A DNA stretch of 64,000 nucleotides from Fidelibacterota bacterium (GTDB taxonomy: Bacteria > Fidelibacterota > UBA2242): contig JBNGDF010000008.1 of NCBI GenBank assembly GCA_049975265.1, positions 32,001 to 96,000 on the forward strand, written 5' to 3'. Each line of letters begins with the position of its first letter. Position 1 is the first letter of the stretch. The notes beneath the pieces were generated by a model that saw only the letters and a list, made by a program, of their open reading frames with translations, made no database searches and was not told the origin of the DNA. This document shows positions 1-9,395 of this stretch, in pieces. The translations under genes and the position numbers were made by a program.

Positions 1-1
1 T

Positions 2-1153
2 GCCAAGTCCCGGTTGGTTCCCGGCGGTGATGTCCGGATAACGATTAATGGGGATCCGGGGAAATCGCTGGAAGTGCCAATCGGCGGAAAACTACTGAAT
101 GTTTTGGCTGACAACGAAATCTATCTGGCATCCGCTTGCGGCGGTGGCGGTACCTGTGGCATGTGCAAGTGTGTCATCACCGCCGGGGGCGGACCGTTGC
201 TTCCCACTGAGGCGACCCATATCAACCGCCGGGAAGCCCGGGAAGGTGTCCGGCTGGCGTGCCAGGTAGCGGTAAAGGAGGATCTGCAGCTACAGCTTCC
301 GCCGGAAGTATTTGATGTCCGCAAATGGGAGTGCCGGGTAAAATCGAACCGGTGTGTGGCGACTTTTATCAAAGAGCTGGTTCTGGAATTACCGGAAGGT
401 GAAGAGGTCGATTTTCGGGCAGGCGGCTATGTTCAAATCGAGGCGCCGCCGCACAGAGTCAAATACGCTGATTTTGAGATTGAAGAGAAATTCCGCGAGG
501 ATTGGGACCGCTATAACTTATGGCGGTATGTATCGGAAACCGATGAGGAGGTCATGCGTGCCTATTCCATGGCAAATTATCCGGGTGAGAAGGGCATTAT
601 CATGCTGAATGTCCGGATTGCCACGCCGCCGCCGGACAAACCCGATACACCTCCCGGCAGGATGTCCTCGTATATTTTCAGTTTGAAACCCGGTGACAAG
701 GTGACTATTTCCGGTCCTTACGGAGAATTTTTTGCCAAAGAGACAGATAATGAGATGGTATTTATTGGCGGAGGTGCTGGGATGGCGCCCCTGCGGTCTC
801 ACATTTTTGATCAGTTGAAACGGCTGAAGAGCAGACGGACAATCTCTTTCTGGTACGGAGCCCGCAGTCTGCGGGAGGTGTTTTATGCAGAAGAATTCGA
901 TAAGCTGGCAAAGGAACATGACAATTTCAGCTGGTATCTGGCGCTTTCCCAACCGATGCCCGAAGATTACTGGAGAGGCAAATGCGGATTCATTCATCAG
1001 GTGCTGTTTGATTCTTACCTGAAAGACCATCCCGCACCTGAGGATTGCGAATACTATATCTGCGGACCACCGTTAATGAACGAGGCGGTCATTCACATGC
1101 TTGACAGTCTTGGTGTGGAGCCGGAAAACATCCTCTACGATGATTTCGGTTAA
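2..1153 (+). CDS. nqrF: Na+-translocating NADH:quinone reductase subunit F (5'-truncated by window edge)
   Basis: 2Fe-2S motif [14 protein letters not shown]...[31 protein letters not shown] and C-terminal DDFG; frame is open from base 2 (AKSRLVPGG), so the N-terminal TM helix lies upstream. Confidence 0.97.
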   Translation, partial: AKSRLVPGGDVRITINGDPGKSLEVPIGGKLLNVLADNEIYLASACGGGGTCGMCKCVITAGGGPLLPTEATHINRREAREGVRLACQVAVKEDLQLQLPPEVFDVRKWECRVKSNRCVATFIKELVLELPEGEEVDFRAGGYVQIEAPPHRVKYADFEIEEKFREDWDRYNLWRYVSETDEEVMRAYSMANYPGEKGIIMLNVRIATPPPDKPDTPPGRMSSYIFSLKPGDKVTISGPYGEFFAKETDNEMVFIGGGAGMAPLRSHIFDQLKRLKSRRTISFWYGARSLREVFYAEEFDKLAKEHDNFSWYLALSQPMPEDYWRGKCGFIHQVLFDSYLKDHPAPEDCEYYICGPPLMNEAVIHMLDSLGVEPENILYDDFG

Positions 1154-1171
1154 AGTGAAAAAGCGAGGTTT

Positions 1172-1633
1172 ATGATGAAATTAGCAGAGGATATTCTTAA
1201 TGAAAAAGATCGTCCGATGATCTCCGTGCAGCAGACTACCATCCTCGTGGATGCTTTGAAAACAATGGCGAAGAATGATATTGGTGCGATTGTAATTAAA
1301 AAAGGCAAGGAGGTTGTCGGCATTTTCACGGAGCGGGACCTGTTAAAACTGGCGGCGGGGCGCAAATTCGATCCCGATTCCACTATTATTAAGGATGTTA
1401 TGACAACCGATCTTTTCAGTGCTCCCTATAACGACCCGATTTATCTGCTGCTGGATAAGATTCTGGGTAAGCGAATTCGTCATATATTAATCGAAAAAGA
1501 AGGTCGGTTTATCGGCATCCTGTCGGCGGGTGATGTGACCAAAGCCTGCCTGAATGAGCGCACCCGCGAAATGGATTCGATCATCTGGGATTATTACGAA
1601 AACTGGCGCTGGAAGCCTAAGAAAAAGTCCTGA
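1172..1633 (+). CDS. CBS-domain pair protein
   Basis: GIFTERDL, KDVMTT, RIRH, GILSAGDV CBS motifs; GAGG RBS. Confidence 0.9.
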   Translation: MMKLAEDILNEKDRPMISVQQTTILVDALKTMAKNDIGAIVIKKGKEVVGIFTERDLLKLAAGRKFDPDSTIIKDVMTTDLFSAPYNDPIYLLLDKILGKRIRHILIEKEGRFIGILSAGDVTKACLNERTREMDSIIWDYYENWRWKPKKKS

Positions 1634-1635
1634 GT

Positions 1636-1809
1636 ATGGTGTTGAAAATTATCAGCCTTACGGTAGTTGTCATGCTGGTCTTCACGGCGGTAATGACGAT
1701 CGTTCTATTTGCAAAGAGGGATGGGCGACATTCCGGCTGTCATTACGACGGCGGGAGCTGTTCTGCTTGTAAAACCGGCAATACCGGCGACGATTGCAGG
1801 GTTTTGTAG
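1636..1809 (+). CDS. Small single-TM Cys-rich protein, NqrM-like (not in ORF track)
   Basis: Manual translation MVLKIISLTVVVMLVFTAVMTIVLFAKRDGRHSGCHYDGGSCSACKTGNTGDDCRVL (57 aa): hydrophobic N-terminal helix plus four Cys, downstream of nqrF. Confidence 0.65.
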   Translation: MVLKIISLTVVVMLVFTAVMTIVLFAKRDGRHSGCHYDGGSCSACKTGNTGDDCRVL

Positions 1810-2096
1810 CCAGTTCTGCATATTCTCTGAAGATCACACATTGCTCAGAGGATGGTCAGATTCCGGGAAAAATCAATCGCGGAAGCGGACTGCTTTCGGA
1901 AGAAGGCAGACAAATATGGTATATCGGAACTGAAATTCTTAAATTACCGGCGACCAATGGTGATTGATATATTGAATCAGAGAGATAACCGGGAAAATCC
2001 ATATATCCGCATTCCCTACGGAATGAACCGAATTTACACGATGAAGCGCATGCCTGTTCCCTGGAGCGATCTTCGTCCAAATGTGAGGAGTAACTG

Positions 2097-2894
2097 TTGA
2101 AAATCGTTGTACCCATCAAACAGGTTCCTGAGACCAGCAATGTCAAAATGGACCCCGCAACCGGTACCATGGTGCGTGAGGGAGTGGAATCGATCATTAA
2201 TCCGCTGGACCTGTATGCAATTGAAGAAGCTATTTTGTTAAAAGAGAAATATAACGCCGAGGTTATTGCCATTTCCATGGGACCGGCGAAAGCCGGCATG
2301 GCTCTGAAAGAGGCGATCGCCATGGGTTGTGATAACGGGATTTTGCTGAGTGACAAGGCATTCGCCGGTGCCGACACCTGGGCGACCTCCTATGTTCTCG
2401 CTCAGGCAATTAAAAAGATCGGTGATTTCGATCTGATTTTGTGCGGGGAGCGTGCCACTGACGGCGATACCGGACAGGTTGGTCCCGGCATTGCCGCCTG
2501 GCTGGATATTCCCTTCCACACCTACATCAGTGCGATCAAAGAGGTATACGCCGAATTTATGGTTATTGAGAGAATGGTGGAAACCGGATACGAAATCCTG
2601 GAGATTGATCGTCCCTGTTTACTGACGGTGGTCAAGGAGATTAACTATCCGCGTCTGCCCACACTGCGGGGCAAACAGAGAGCCCGGAAAATGCAGAGTG
2701 TAGTCTGGGGTCCCGCCGAGATTGAGGCAAGAGCGGAGTGTTTGGGACTGCAGGGTTCGCCGACCCGGGTTGTGAAAATATCCAAACCGCAGGTTACCCG
2801 GAATGGCAAAATCCTGCAACCGAAGGATGAGCAGCAGGTCGAGGAGGCGGTTGATCAGCTGCTGGCGTTTCTGGAAGAAAGAGAGATATTGTGA
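2097..2894 (+). CDS. etfB: Electron transfer flavoprotein beta subunit
   Basis: IKQVP, INPLD, GADTWATS, DGDTGQVGP, PRLPT, GLQGSPTRV; GAGGAG RBS before TTG. Confidence 0.95.
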   Translation: MKIVVPIKQVPETSNVKMDPATGTMVREGVESIINPLDLYAIEEAILLKEKYNAEVIAISMGPAKAGMALKEAIAMGCDNGILLSDKAFAGADTWATSYVLAQAIKKIGDFDLILCGERATDGDTGQVGPGIAAWLDIPFHTYISAIKEVYAEFMVIERMVETGYEILEIDRPCLLTVVKEINYPRLPTLRGKQRARKMQSVVWGPAEIEARAECLGLQGSPTRVVKISKPQVTRNGKILQPKDEQQVEEAVDQLLAFLEEREIL

Positions 2895-3931
2895 AAATAG
2901 CGGAGCTGGAAATGGCGTACGAGGGTGTTTGGGTTCTCGGAGAACAGGAGGAGGGGCGCATCAGACTGGTGTCTTACGAGCTGCTCAAACGGGGCCGTGA
3001 ACTTGCCGACAAACGACAGGTCGAATTGTGGGCGGTTGTTTTTGGTAAACGGATTGACAGACAGGATATAAAGGAGCTGTTCTATCGGGGTGCGGATAAG
3101 GTGCTTGTCGCCGAACACCCGGAATTGGAGCATTTTTTACCGGAACCATATACCAGCTGCCTGAACCACCTGATTCAAAAGTACAAGCCCGAAATTCTGA
3201 TCGCCAGCGCTACCACCACCGGTCGGACGGTGGCACCGGCGGTCGCCATCACCTGCAATACCGGTCTGACCGCCGATTGTACGGGACTGGATATTGAGCC
3301 AGAGACCGGCAATCTGATCCAGACCCGACCGGCTATCGGCGGGAATGTTCTGGCAACCATCAAGACACCCAATCACCGACCGCAGATGGCAACGGTCCGC
3401 CCGCATTCCAACAAACCGCTGGAGGCGGACCTCTCCCGCAACGGTGAGGTCATTTATGAAAAAATTGATAACGATCTGGTAAAAAGCCGGGTGCGACGGC
3501 GTGATTTCAGACCGATTGGGGAAGAAGGCAGCAATATTCAGGATGCTGAAATTGTGATCGCCGGCGGAAAGGGATTCAAGAAGGAAGAAAATTTTAATAT
3601 GGTATCCCAGCTGGCGGTTGCGTTCAAGGGGGCGATCGGAGCGACCCGTGACGCGGTGGATCTGGGGTGGGTAACCTACCCCCATCAGGTCGGTCTGAGT
3701 GGGAAAACGGTGAGTCCCAAGCTGTATATTGCCATCGGGATTTCCGGCTCCGTTCAACACCTGGCTGGGATAAAAACCGCCGAAAACATCATAGCGATCA
3801 ATAACGATCCCGATGCCCAGATATTTCAGGTGGCGGATTTCGGAATTGTCGCCGACCTGTTTGAGGTGCTGCCGGTTTTACAGGAGAGGATACATCAGCG
3901 AATTAAGAGCAAATGTAACATTCAAGACTGA
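2891..3931 (+). CDS. etfA: Electron transfer flavoprotein alpha subunit
   Basis: TGLTADCTGL, RPQMATVRP, QVGLSGKTVSPKLYIAIGISGSVQH; overlaps etfB stop. Confidence 0.95.
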   Translation: MKIAELEMAYEGVWVLGEQEEGRIRLVSYELLKRGRELADKRQVELWAVVFGKRIDRQDIKELFYRGADKVLVAEHPELEHFLPEPYTSCLNHLIQKYKPEILIASATTTGRTVAPAVAITCNTGLTADCTGLDIEPETGNLIQTRPAIGGNVLATIKTPNHRPQMATVRPHSNKPLEADLSRNGEVIYEKIDNDLVKSRVRRRDFRPIGEEGSNIQDAEIVIAGGKGFKKEENFNMVSQLAVAFKGAIGATRDAVDLGWVTYPHQVGLSGKTVSPKLYIAIGISGSVQHLAGIKTAENIIAINNDPDAQIFQVADFGIVADLFEVLPVLQERIHQRIKSKCNIQD

Positions 3932-3943
3932 CGCGGAGGATTA

Positions 3944-5371
3944 GTGTCAACTTATCAATATAGTGTCGTTACGCCTGAAATCATCGCCGAATTAGAAAAG
4001 ATTCTCGGTAAGAAGTGGGTGATTTCCGGGGATAAGGATAAACTCGAACCCTATTCCCATGATGAGGTCGCCGAGAAGAGCTATGCCCACATGCCGGAGG
4101 TGGTCATTAAACCGCGCACCGCTGCCGAAATTGCCGCCGTGATGAAACTGGCAAACCGGGCAAAAATTCCGGTCACACCACGGGGTGCCGGCAGCGGACT
4201 GTCGGGAGGAGCGGTGCCGCTTTATGGTGGCATTCTTGTGTCCTTTGAGCGGATGAATGAAATTCTGGAGATTGATCAAGACAATCTGGTCATTGTGGTG
4301 GAACCGGGTGTAGTGACCAACGATATTAACACCAAACTGCAGGATGATGGACTCTGGTTTGCCGGGTATCCGATGAGTGTGGAGAGCTGCTTCATCGGTG
4401 GCAATGTCGCCGAGGATGCCGGTGGCGGCAAGGCGGTCAAATACGGTGTCACCAGCCGCTATATTCTGGGGCTGGAGGTGGTCACGCCGGAGGGAGAGAT
4501 TCTGCATCTGGGCGGAAAAAACGTCAAGGATGTTGTCGGGTACAACCTTTTGAAGCTAATGATCGGCTCCGAAGGGACTCTGGGCATTTTTACCAAAATC
4601 ATTATTAAACTGATGCCGCTGCCCACTGAAGCCGTGGACCTGCTGGTGCTCTTTAAGGATATCGACAGCGCGATTCGAATGGTGCCGATTATTATGACTT
4701 TCGGCAGGATCATCCCCACCGCCGTTGAATTTATGGACAAATTGTCTTTCCAGACCTCTTGCAAATACCTTAATGAGCACATGCCCTACGAACAGGCTGG
4801 CGCCATGCTCCTGATTGAAGTGGATGGCAATCATATCGAACAGCTGGAAAAGGAGTATGAAACAATCGGCGAACTCTGTCTGGAGCATGGTGCGCTGGAG
4901 GTTTATGTCGCTGATAATCACACTACCCGGGAACGGGTCTGGAAAATCCGCCGCAATATCGCCGAAGCCTTCATGGTCTATTCACCCGTGCAGAGCCTTG
5001 AAGATATCGTTGTTCCGGTTGGAAATATTGCTAAAATCCTACCGGAAATTGAAAACATCGGCGAGAAATATGATGTACTAATTCCCTGCTATGGTCATGC
5101 CGGAGATGGCAATCTGCACGCAACTCCGGTGAAAAAACCGGAAATGACTATCGAAAAATGGAACCGCGTTTTACCGCAACTGCTGCTGGAAATCTATCAG
5201 CGGACCAGAGCCTATGGCGGAAAAATCAGCGGCGAGCATGGTATCGGGCATAAGCGCAAAAAGTACCTCGGTGAATCCCTGGAAGCGGTTGCCATTGATC
5301 TGATGAAAAGAATTAAAAAGTCCTTTGATCCAAACTACATTCTGAACCCGGGGAAAATTTTCGACCTGTAA
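3944..5371 (+). CDS. FAD-linked 2-hydroxyacid dehydrogenase (GlcD/LctD family, D-lactate/glycolate dehydrogenase-like)
   Basis: PRGAGSGLSGG, IGGNVA, GSEGTLG, GHAGDGNLH, SGEHGIG, LNPGK. Confidence 0.92.
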   Translation: MSTYQYSVVTPEIIAELEKILGKKWVISGDKDKLEPYSHDEVAEKSYAHMPEVVIKPRTAAEIAAVMKLANRAKIPVTPRGAGSGLSGGAVPLYGGILVSFERMNEILEIDQDNLVIVVEPGVVTNDINTKLQDDGLWFAGYPMSVESCFIGGNVAEDAGGGKAVKYGVTSRYILGLEVVTPEGEILHLGGKNVKDVVGYNLLKLMIGSEGTLGIFTKIIIKLMPLPTEAVDLLVLFKDIDSAIRMVPIIMTFGRIIPTAVEFMDKLSFQTSCKYLNEHMPYEQAGAMLLIEVDGNHIEQLEKEYETIGELCLEHGALEVYVADNHTTRERVWKIRRNIAEAFMVYSPVQSLEDIVVPVGNIAKILPEIENIGEKYDVLIPCYGHAGDGNLHATPVKKPEMTIEKWNRVLPQLLLEIYQRTRAYGGKISGEHGIGHKRKKYLGESLEAVAIDLMKRIKKSFDPNYILNPGKIFDL

Positions 5372-5430
5372 ATCTGATCTTAAAATGAACCAGCGGGATG
5401 CAACAGGGTACGGCTCTCGGATGCGCAGGG

Positions 5431-6384
5431 CTAATTGACCCGGTTGACGGGCGTACCGTCAAGAAATGCCCGGACATTCTGTACCACGGTTTTCATCAAG
5501 CGGGCTCGCGCTGCTCGGGTCGCCCAGGCGATATGGGGCGTGATGTAGCAGTTTTTTGCCGACAGCAGCGGATTGTCCGGTGCCGGCGGTTCGGTGGAGA
5601 GAACATCCAGCCCGGCGCCGGCGATATTTTCGCTGTTCAGTGCCTCAGCCAGGGCGGCTTCATCAATGAGCTGACCGCGGCTGGTGTTGATTAAAAAAGC
5701 CGTTGATTTCATTAACCTGAGCTGTTTTTTGCTGATCAATCCTTCCGTTTCCGGTGTCAGTGGACAGTGCAGTGTGATAATATCGCTTTCCCTGAACAGT
5801 CTATCGAGAGTGACGTTCCGATAGTCGGAATCAATCTGGTCCGGTGGATTGATATCGTAATAAATAATGTTCATACCGAAGGCTTGCCCCAGAGTGGCGA
5901 CCTGCCGCCCAATGCGACCAAAGCCGACAATGCCAAGCGTCTGGCTTTGCAATTCCACCAATGGAAATTTCCAATAGCAGAAATCCGGAGATTGAGACCA
6001 TTCTCCGTTTTTTACGGATAGTGAATGTCCTCCCACATGCTGACAGAGATTGAGAATATGGGCGAAAGCCATCTGAGCCACGGACAGCGTACTGTAAGCC
6101 GGCACATTTGTAACGACGATGTTTCGATCTGCGGCGGTCTGAATGTCAACTACGTTATAGCCGGTGGAACAGAGACCGATATATTTTAATTTCGGCAGCC
6201 GGTCAATTTCCGATTTGCCGATGACGACTTTATTGATAATGAGAATCTCGGCGGCATACGCTCGTGTGATAACTTCTGCCGGACTGGTGCGATCATACAT
6301 GACGCAATCCCCCAGTTTTTCCAGTTCAGCCCAGCTCAGATCGCCGGGATTGAGGGTATGACCATCGAGTACGACGATATGCAT
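5431..6384 (-). CDS. D-isomer-specific 2-hydroxyacid dehydrogenase (glycerate dehydrogenase/hydroxypyruvate reductase-like)
   Basis: LDGHTLNPGDL, GIVGFGRIG, LHCPLT, INTSRG, GLDVL, TPHIAW. Confidence 0.92.
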   Translation of the reverse strand: MHIVVLDGHTLNPGDLSWAELEKLGDCVMYDRTSPAEVITRAYAAEILIINKVVIGKSEIDRLPKLKYIGLCSTGYNVVDIQTAADRNIVVTNVPAYSTLSVAQMAFAHILNLCQHVGGHSLSVKNGEWSQSPDFCYWKFPLVELQSQTLGIVGFGRIGRQVATLGQAFGMNIIYYDINPPDQIDSDYRNVTLDRLFRESDIITLHCPLTPETEGLISKKQLRLMKSTAFLINTSRGQLIDEAALAEALNSENIAGAGLDVLSTEPPAPDNPLLSAKNCYITPHIAWATRAARARLMKTVVQNVRAFLDGTPVNRVN

Positions 6385-6410
6385 CGTTTTTCCTCCGTTT
6401 GGATGGTTTC

Positions 6411-6450
6411 TTATCAGGATTCAGGTAGTTGTCAACTATCCCGATCATGA
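6411..6450 (-). other. Intergenic stem-loop between corrinoid gene and 2-hydroxyacid dehydrogenase
   Basis: Core palindrome TAGTTG-T-CAACTA (6426-6438), extendable on the minus strand with G-U pairs; no clear U-tract. Confidence 0.4.
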
Positions 6451-6532
6451 ATGGCAAGGAGCTCTGAAAAAATTTACACTTTCCCGCGGGAATGCGAAAT
6501 CATTTTATTGTTGCTGATAATAATGTTGAGAT

Positions 6533-7162
6533 TTACGCCGATGCGCCGATAATATTTTCGACGATTTTGACAGCCTCGTTGGCATCGCGACCGTAGGCGT
6601 GGGCGCCGATGGAATCGGCGTATTTCTGAGTTACCGGGGCACCGCCGATAACGACCTTGACTTCGGGAGTATCTTTAAAATGTTTGACCACCTCTTCCAT
6701 ATAGGTCATGGTGGTGGTCAGCAGAGCACTGCACATGACGATTTTAACGCCGGCATTGACGGCTTCGGTATATTTATCAATGCTGCAATTGGTGCCCAGG
6801 TCGAGTACTTCGTAGCCGGCACCTTTCAGCATAATCGCCACCAGGTTTTTGCCGATGTCGTGCAGATCGCCCTTAACGGTACCCACGGCGATTTTTCCCC
6901 GGGGCTTGTGGTTGGATTGGGCTAACACCGGTTCGATAATGCTCAAACCAGCCTGCATTGCCCGGGCGGCGATCAGCATTTCGGGAACATAGACCTCGTT
7001 GCGGGAAAAGCGTTCTCCGATCTCGCGCATCGCCGGGATCATCGATTCGTCCAGCAGTTCGGTGACGTTCTGTTCCTGGTCGATGGCACTCTGCATGATG
7101 GTCTGAACGGTATTGCGATCGCCTTTTACAATTGCATTAAAAAGTTCTTCGTTGCGTGCCAT
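6533..7162 (-). CDS. Corrinoid (cobalamin-binding) protein, MtaC/MttC-like
   Basis: N-terminal cap domain (YVPEMLIAARAM), B12 motif GDLHDIGKNLV, SALLTTT, VIGGAP. Confidence 0.95.
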   Translation of the reverse strand: MARNEELFNAIVKGDRNTVQTIMQSAIDQEQNVTELLDESMIPAMREIGERFSRNEVYVPEMLIAARAMQAGLSIIEPVLAQSNHKPRGKIAVGTVKGDLHDIGKNLVAIMLKGAGYEVLDLGTNCSIDKYTEAVNAGVKIVMCSALLTTTMTYMEEVVKHFKDTPEVKVVIGGAPVTQKYADSIGAHAYGRDANEAVKIVENIIGASA

Positions 7163-7212
7163 AGGTTCTCCTGTTTTGTTGCTAAATTTAATGAAGTCTG
7201 GTCATTATCAAA

Positions 7213-8250
7213 CTATTTTCCGCCGGAAATACGATAATTCCGCCCCGCCTGCATAAAGGCTTCGATGTTTTTTTCCGGTGTGTTTTTCGGCAAATCGCAG
7301 CCGGTGCTGAGGATAAAATTTGGATACGAATCGACGGATTTCAGCAGCTCACTTACCTCCGCTGCCACTTCCACCGGTGAGCCGGTCAGGATCTTACCCA
7401 CGGGATTGAGATTGCCCATTACCAGCACATCTTTGGGTACCTTTGGCATAATTTTGGGTAAATCCATGCCGGAATCAGGTGAATCGAGACTCAGACCATT
7501 GACGCCGCTTTTCACCATGTTTCCGATCAGATGCATGGTGTTGCCGCAAACATGGTAAACCGAAACGACCCCTTTCCAGCGGCACAGATCAGCCAATTCT
7601 TTAACATAATTTCCGGAAAATTCCTGGAAATGGTCCGGACCCAGCATCGAGGCGCTGGGCTCCAGTACGCAGATGACCTCGGCGCCGTGATCCATGAGAA
7701 GCCGGGCGTAATCGTTGATGATTTTCATGCAATATTCGGTAAGGACATGCAGCCCTTTGGGTTCCAGGATAATGGACTGGGCGGCTTCCTGAGCACCGAG
7801 AATCAGAGCCGCCAGGGTATAGGGACCGGTGACATAGGCGCCTTTGAAAATGGTATCGTCACTGCTGTTCTGAAGAAGTTCTACGACTTTGGCATAGCCC
7901 AAAGCGCGGGTGTCGGCGGCGATGTCAATTTTCGGCAGCATGTCCACATGATCGAGATGGAAGGCGACATGCGGCACCGTAGCGGTATCGTCAATCGGGA
8001 AAAGGGTGTAGCGCCCGATGGCATTGGCTTCCACAGACAGGTCCATGAGTGGAAATATCATGTCAGGTCCGAAGCGATGGATCAGAGCCGCCAATGCCGA
8101 CTGATGGACCCGGTAATTTTGCTGACCCAGCTTGATCGTACTGTTGATCATTTTCAAACCGGGCATGCCCACCAGGGGAGCCACAAGTCGCTGTCGGTTT
8201 TCATAGGCACGCTGAACCCGTGACATCAGTTTTGAATTCTGCATGTTCAT
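7213..8250 (-). CDS. Uroporphyrinogen decarboxylase-fold methyltransferase (MtaA/CmuA family)
   Basis: DLSVEANAIG, GPYTLA, putative Zn ligands HVC and STGCDLP, MGNLNP; adjacent to corrinoid protein. Confidence 0.88.
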   Translation of the reverse strand: MNMQNSKLMSRVQRAYENRQRLVAPLVGMPGLKMINSTIKLGQQNYRVHQSALAALIHRFGPDMIFPLMDLSVEANAIGRYTLFPIDDTATVPHVAFHLDHVDMLPKIDIAADTRALGYAKVVELLQNSSDDTIFKGAYVTGPYTLAALILGAQEAAQSIILEPKGLHVLTEYCMKIINDYARLLMDHGAEVICVLEPSASMLGPDHFQEFSGNYVKELADLCRWKGVVSVYHVCGNTMHLIGNMVKSGVNGLSLDSPDSGMDLPKIMPKVPKDVLVMGNLNPVGKILTGSPVEVAAEVSELLKSVDSYPNFILSTGCDLPKNTPEKNIEAFMQAGRNYRISGGK

Positions 8251-8381
8251 CTTCCTGGTCCTTTGTCCCTGCTTCTGTTTTTAATGATCAAATAAAATCC
8301 TTTATATTTGCATATAAGATAAAGTCTGTTATCGTTAATAAATAGTTTTATTTTGTCAAAATATTGCTGTATATTATCATC

Positions 8382-9311
8382 ATGAATGCCATTGCGCTGA
8401 CCCAGAGTGGATTTATCTCTTTCCCGGCGGGCGCCAATATTACCTTTCATCGGCTTGCCTGGGAGTCGGGACGACGATCCTTCAGCATGAATGCCGGTCC
8501 CGATGTCCGCTATCATACGCTGGTCAGCGATGCGACAGCCCTGCACACCCACGAATTCGCCGAATTTTTTCTGATCATCAGCGGGAAGATCAGACACATT
8601 ATCAACGGTGAACATCAACCGCTGGATGCGGGCACTTTGGTGTTCATTCGACCGACGGACATTCACGGTTTTGAGCAGCGTGACGAAGCCGCTTGTGAAC
8701 TGGTCAATGTGGCGTTTAAACTGGAGTTCCTGCGCGACCTGAGCAATTATCTGGGCAATGATTTTTTCCTACGCCGCTATACGGGACCGGTGACGTCGCC
8801 GGTTTTTAAACTGTCTCTTGCCGAAACGGATACGCTGGCTACCCAATTGATTCGGATGAATCTGCTGCAAAGTACCGCCCAGGATGTTGCCCGTTTAAAA
8901 ATCAAGGTGCTGATCGCCGAGCTTTTCACCCGTTTTTTTCTGGATAATGAGTCCTCCGGCACCGGTCGTGATCACCCGGAGTGGTTCGAGCAGCTGATTG
9001 TGGAGATGGGAAAACAGGAAAATCTGTACGGCGGTCTGGTACGGATGAAGGCATTGGCGCCGTGCACTCAGGAACATTTGTGCAAGTGTTTTCGGAAATA
9101 CCTGGATAAAACCCCCACCCAGTTTATTAACGAGTTGCGGATCAAGCGAGCCGCCAAGCAGATTGTCGAGACCGAGGAAAAGATCCTTTCCATTGCCCTG
9201 GATCTGGGATTTGTCAGTCTCAGTCGTTTCCACAATCTGTTTAAAAAATATTACGGCATCCCGCCGGCAAGGTACCGTCTGATGAGTCGCCGGAATGATA
9301 TCCCGATTTGA
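8382..9311 (+). CDS. AraC-family transcriptional regulator with cupin sensor (ChbR-like)
   Basis: LHTHEFAEFFLI cupin, IRPTDIH, C-terminal double HTH (TPTQFINELRI, GFVSLSRFHNLFKKYYG); ATG 8382 preferred to TTG 8364. Confidence 0.93.
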   Translation: MNAIALTQSGFISFPAGANITFHRLAWESGRRSFSMNAGPDVRYHTLVSDATALHTHEFAEFFLIISGKIRHIINGEHQPLDAGTLVFIRPTDIHGFEQRDEAACELVNVAFKLEFLRDLSNYLGNDFFLRRYTGPVTSPVFKLSLAETDTLATQLIRMNLLQSTAQDVARLKIKVLIAELFTRFFLDNESSGTGRDHPEWFEQLIVEMGKQENLYGGLVRMKALAPCTQEHLCKCFRKYLDKTPTQFINELRIKRAAKQIVETEEKILSIALDLGFVSLSRFHNLFKKYYGIPPARYRLMSRRNDIPI

Positions 9312-9324
9312 GTGAAAAGAACGG

Positions 9325-9378
9325 TTGCAAAACCGGATTCGGGTTTGTAAATTTATATTTGTAAGATGTATGACAAAT
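9325..9378 (+). promoter_or_regulatory. sigma70-like promoter with downstream GntR-type operator
   Basis: TTGCAA(9325)-N17-TAAATT(9348), then inverted repeat ATTTGT-N10-ACAAAT (9357-9378) just before the FadR-family gene. Confidence 0.6.
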
Positions 9379-9395
9379 TTAAGCGGACCTAAGAG

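Noticed and set aside
1852..2100. 82-aa ORF whose stop overlaps the etfB start
   Set aside because: No recognisable motif or well-spaced RBS; could be promoter-containing intergenic DNA. Not excluded, but unsupported
6481..6492. Perfect 12-bp palindrome TTCCCGCGGGAA
   Set aside because: Single occurrence with no supporting context; may be chance
7213..8250. hemE (true uroporphyrinogen decarboxylase)
   Set aside because: Lacks the RQAGR motif; has HxC/C Zn-type ligands and a corrinoid partner
8251..8381. Cobalamin riboswitch upstream of the methyltransferase/corrinoid genes
   Set aside because: Region is short and AT-rich with no B12-box or conserved riboswitch core visible
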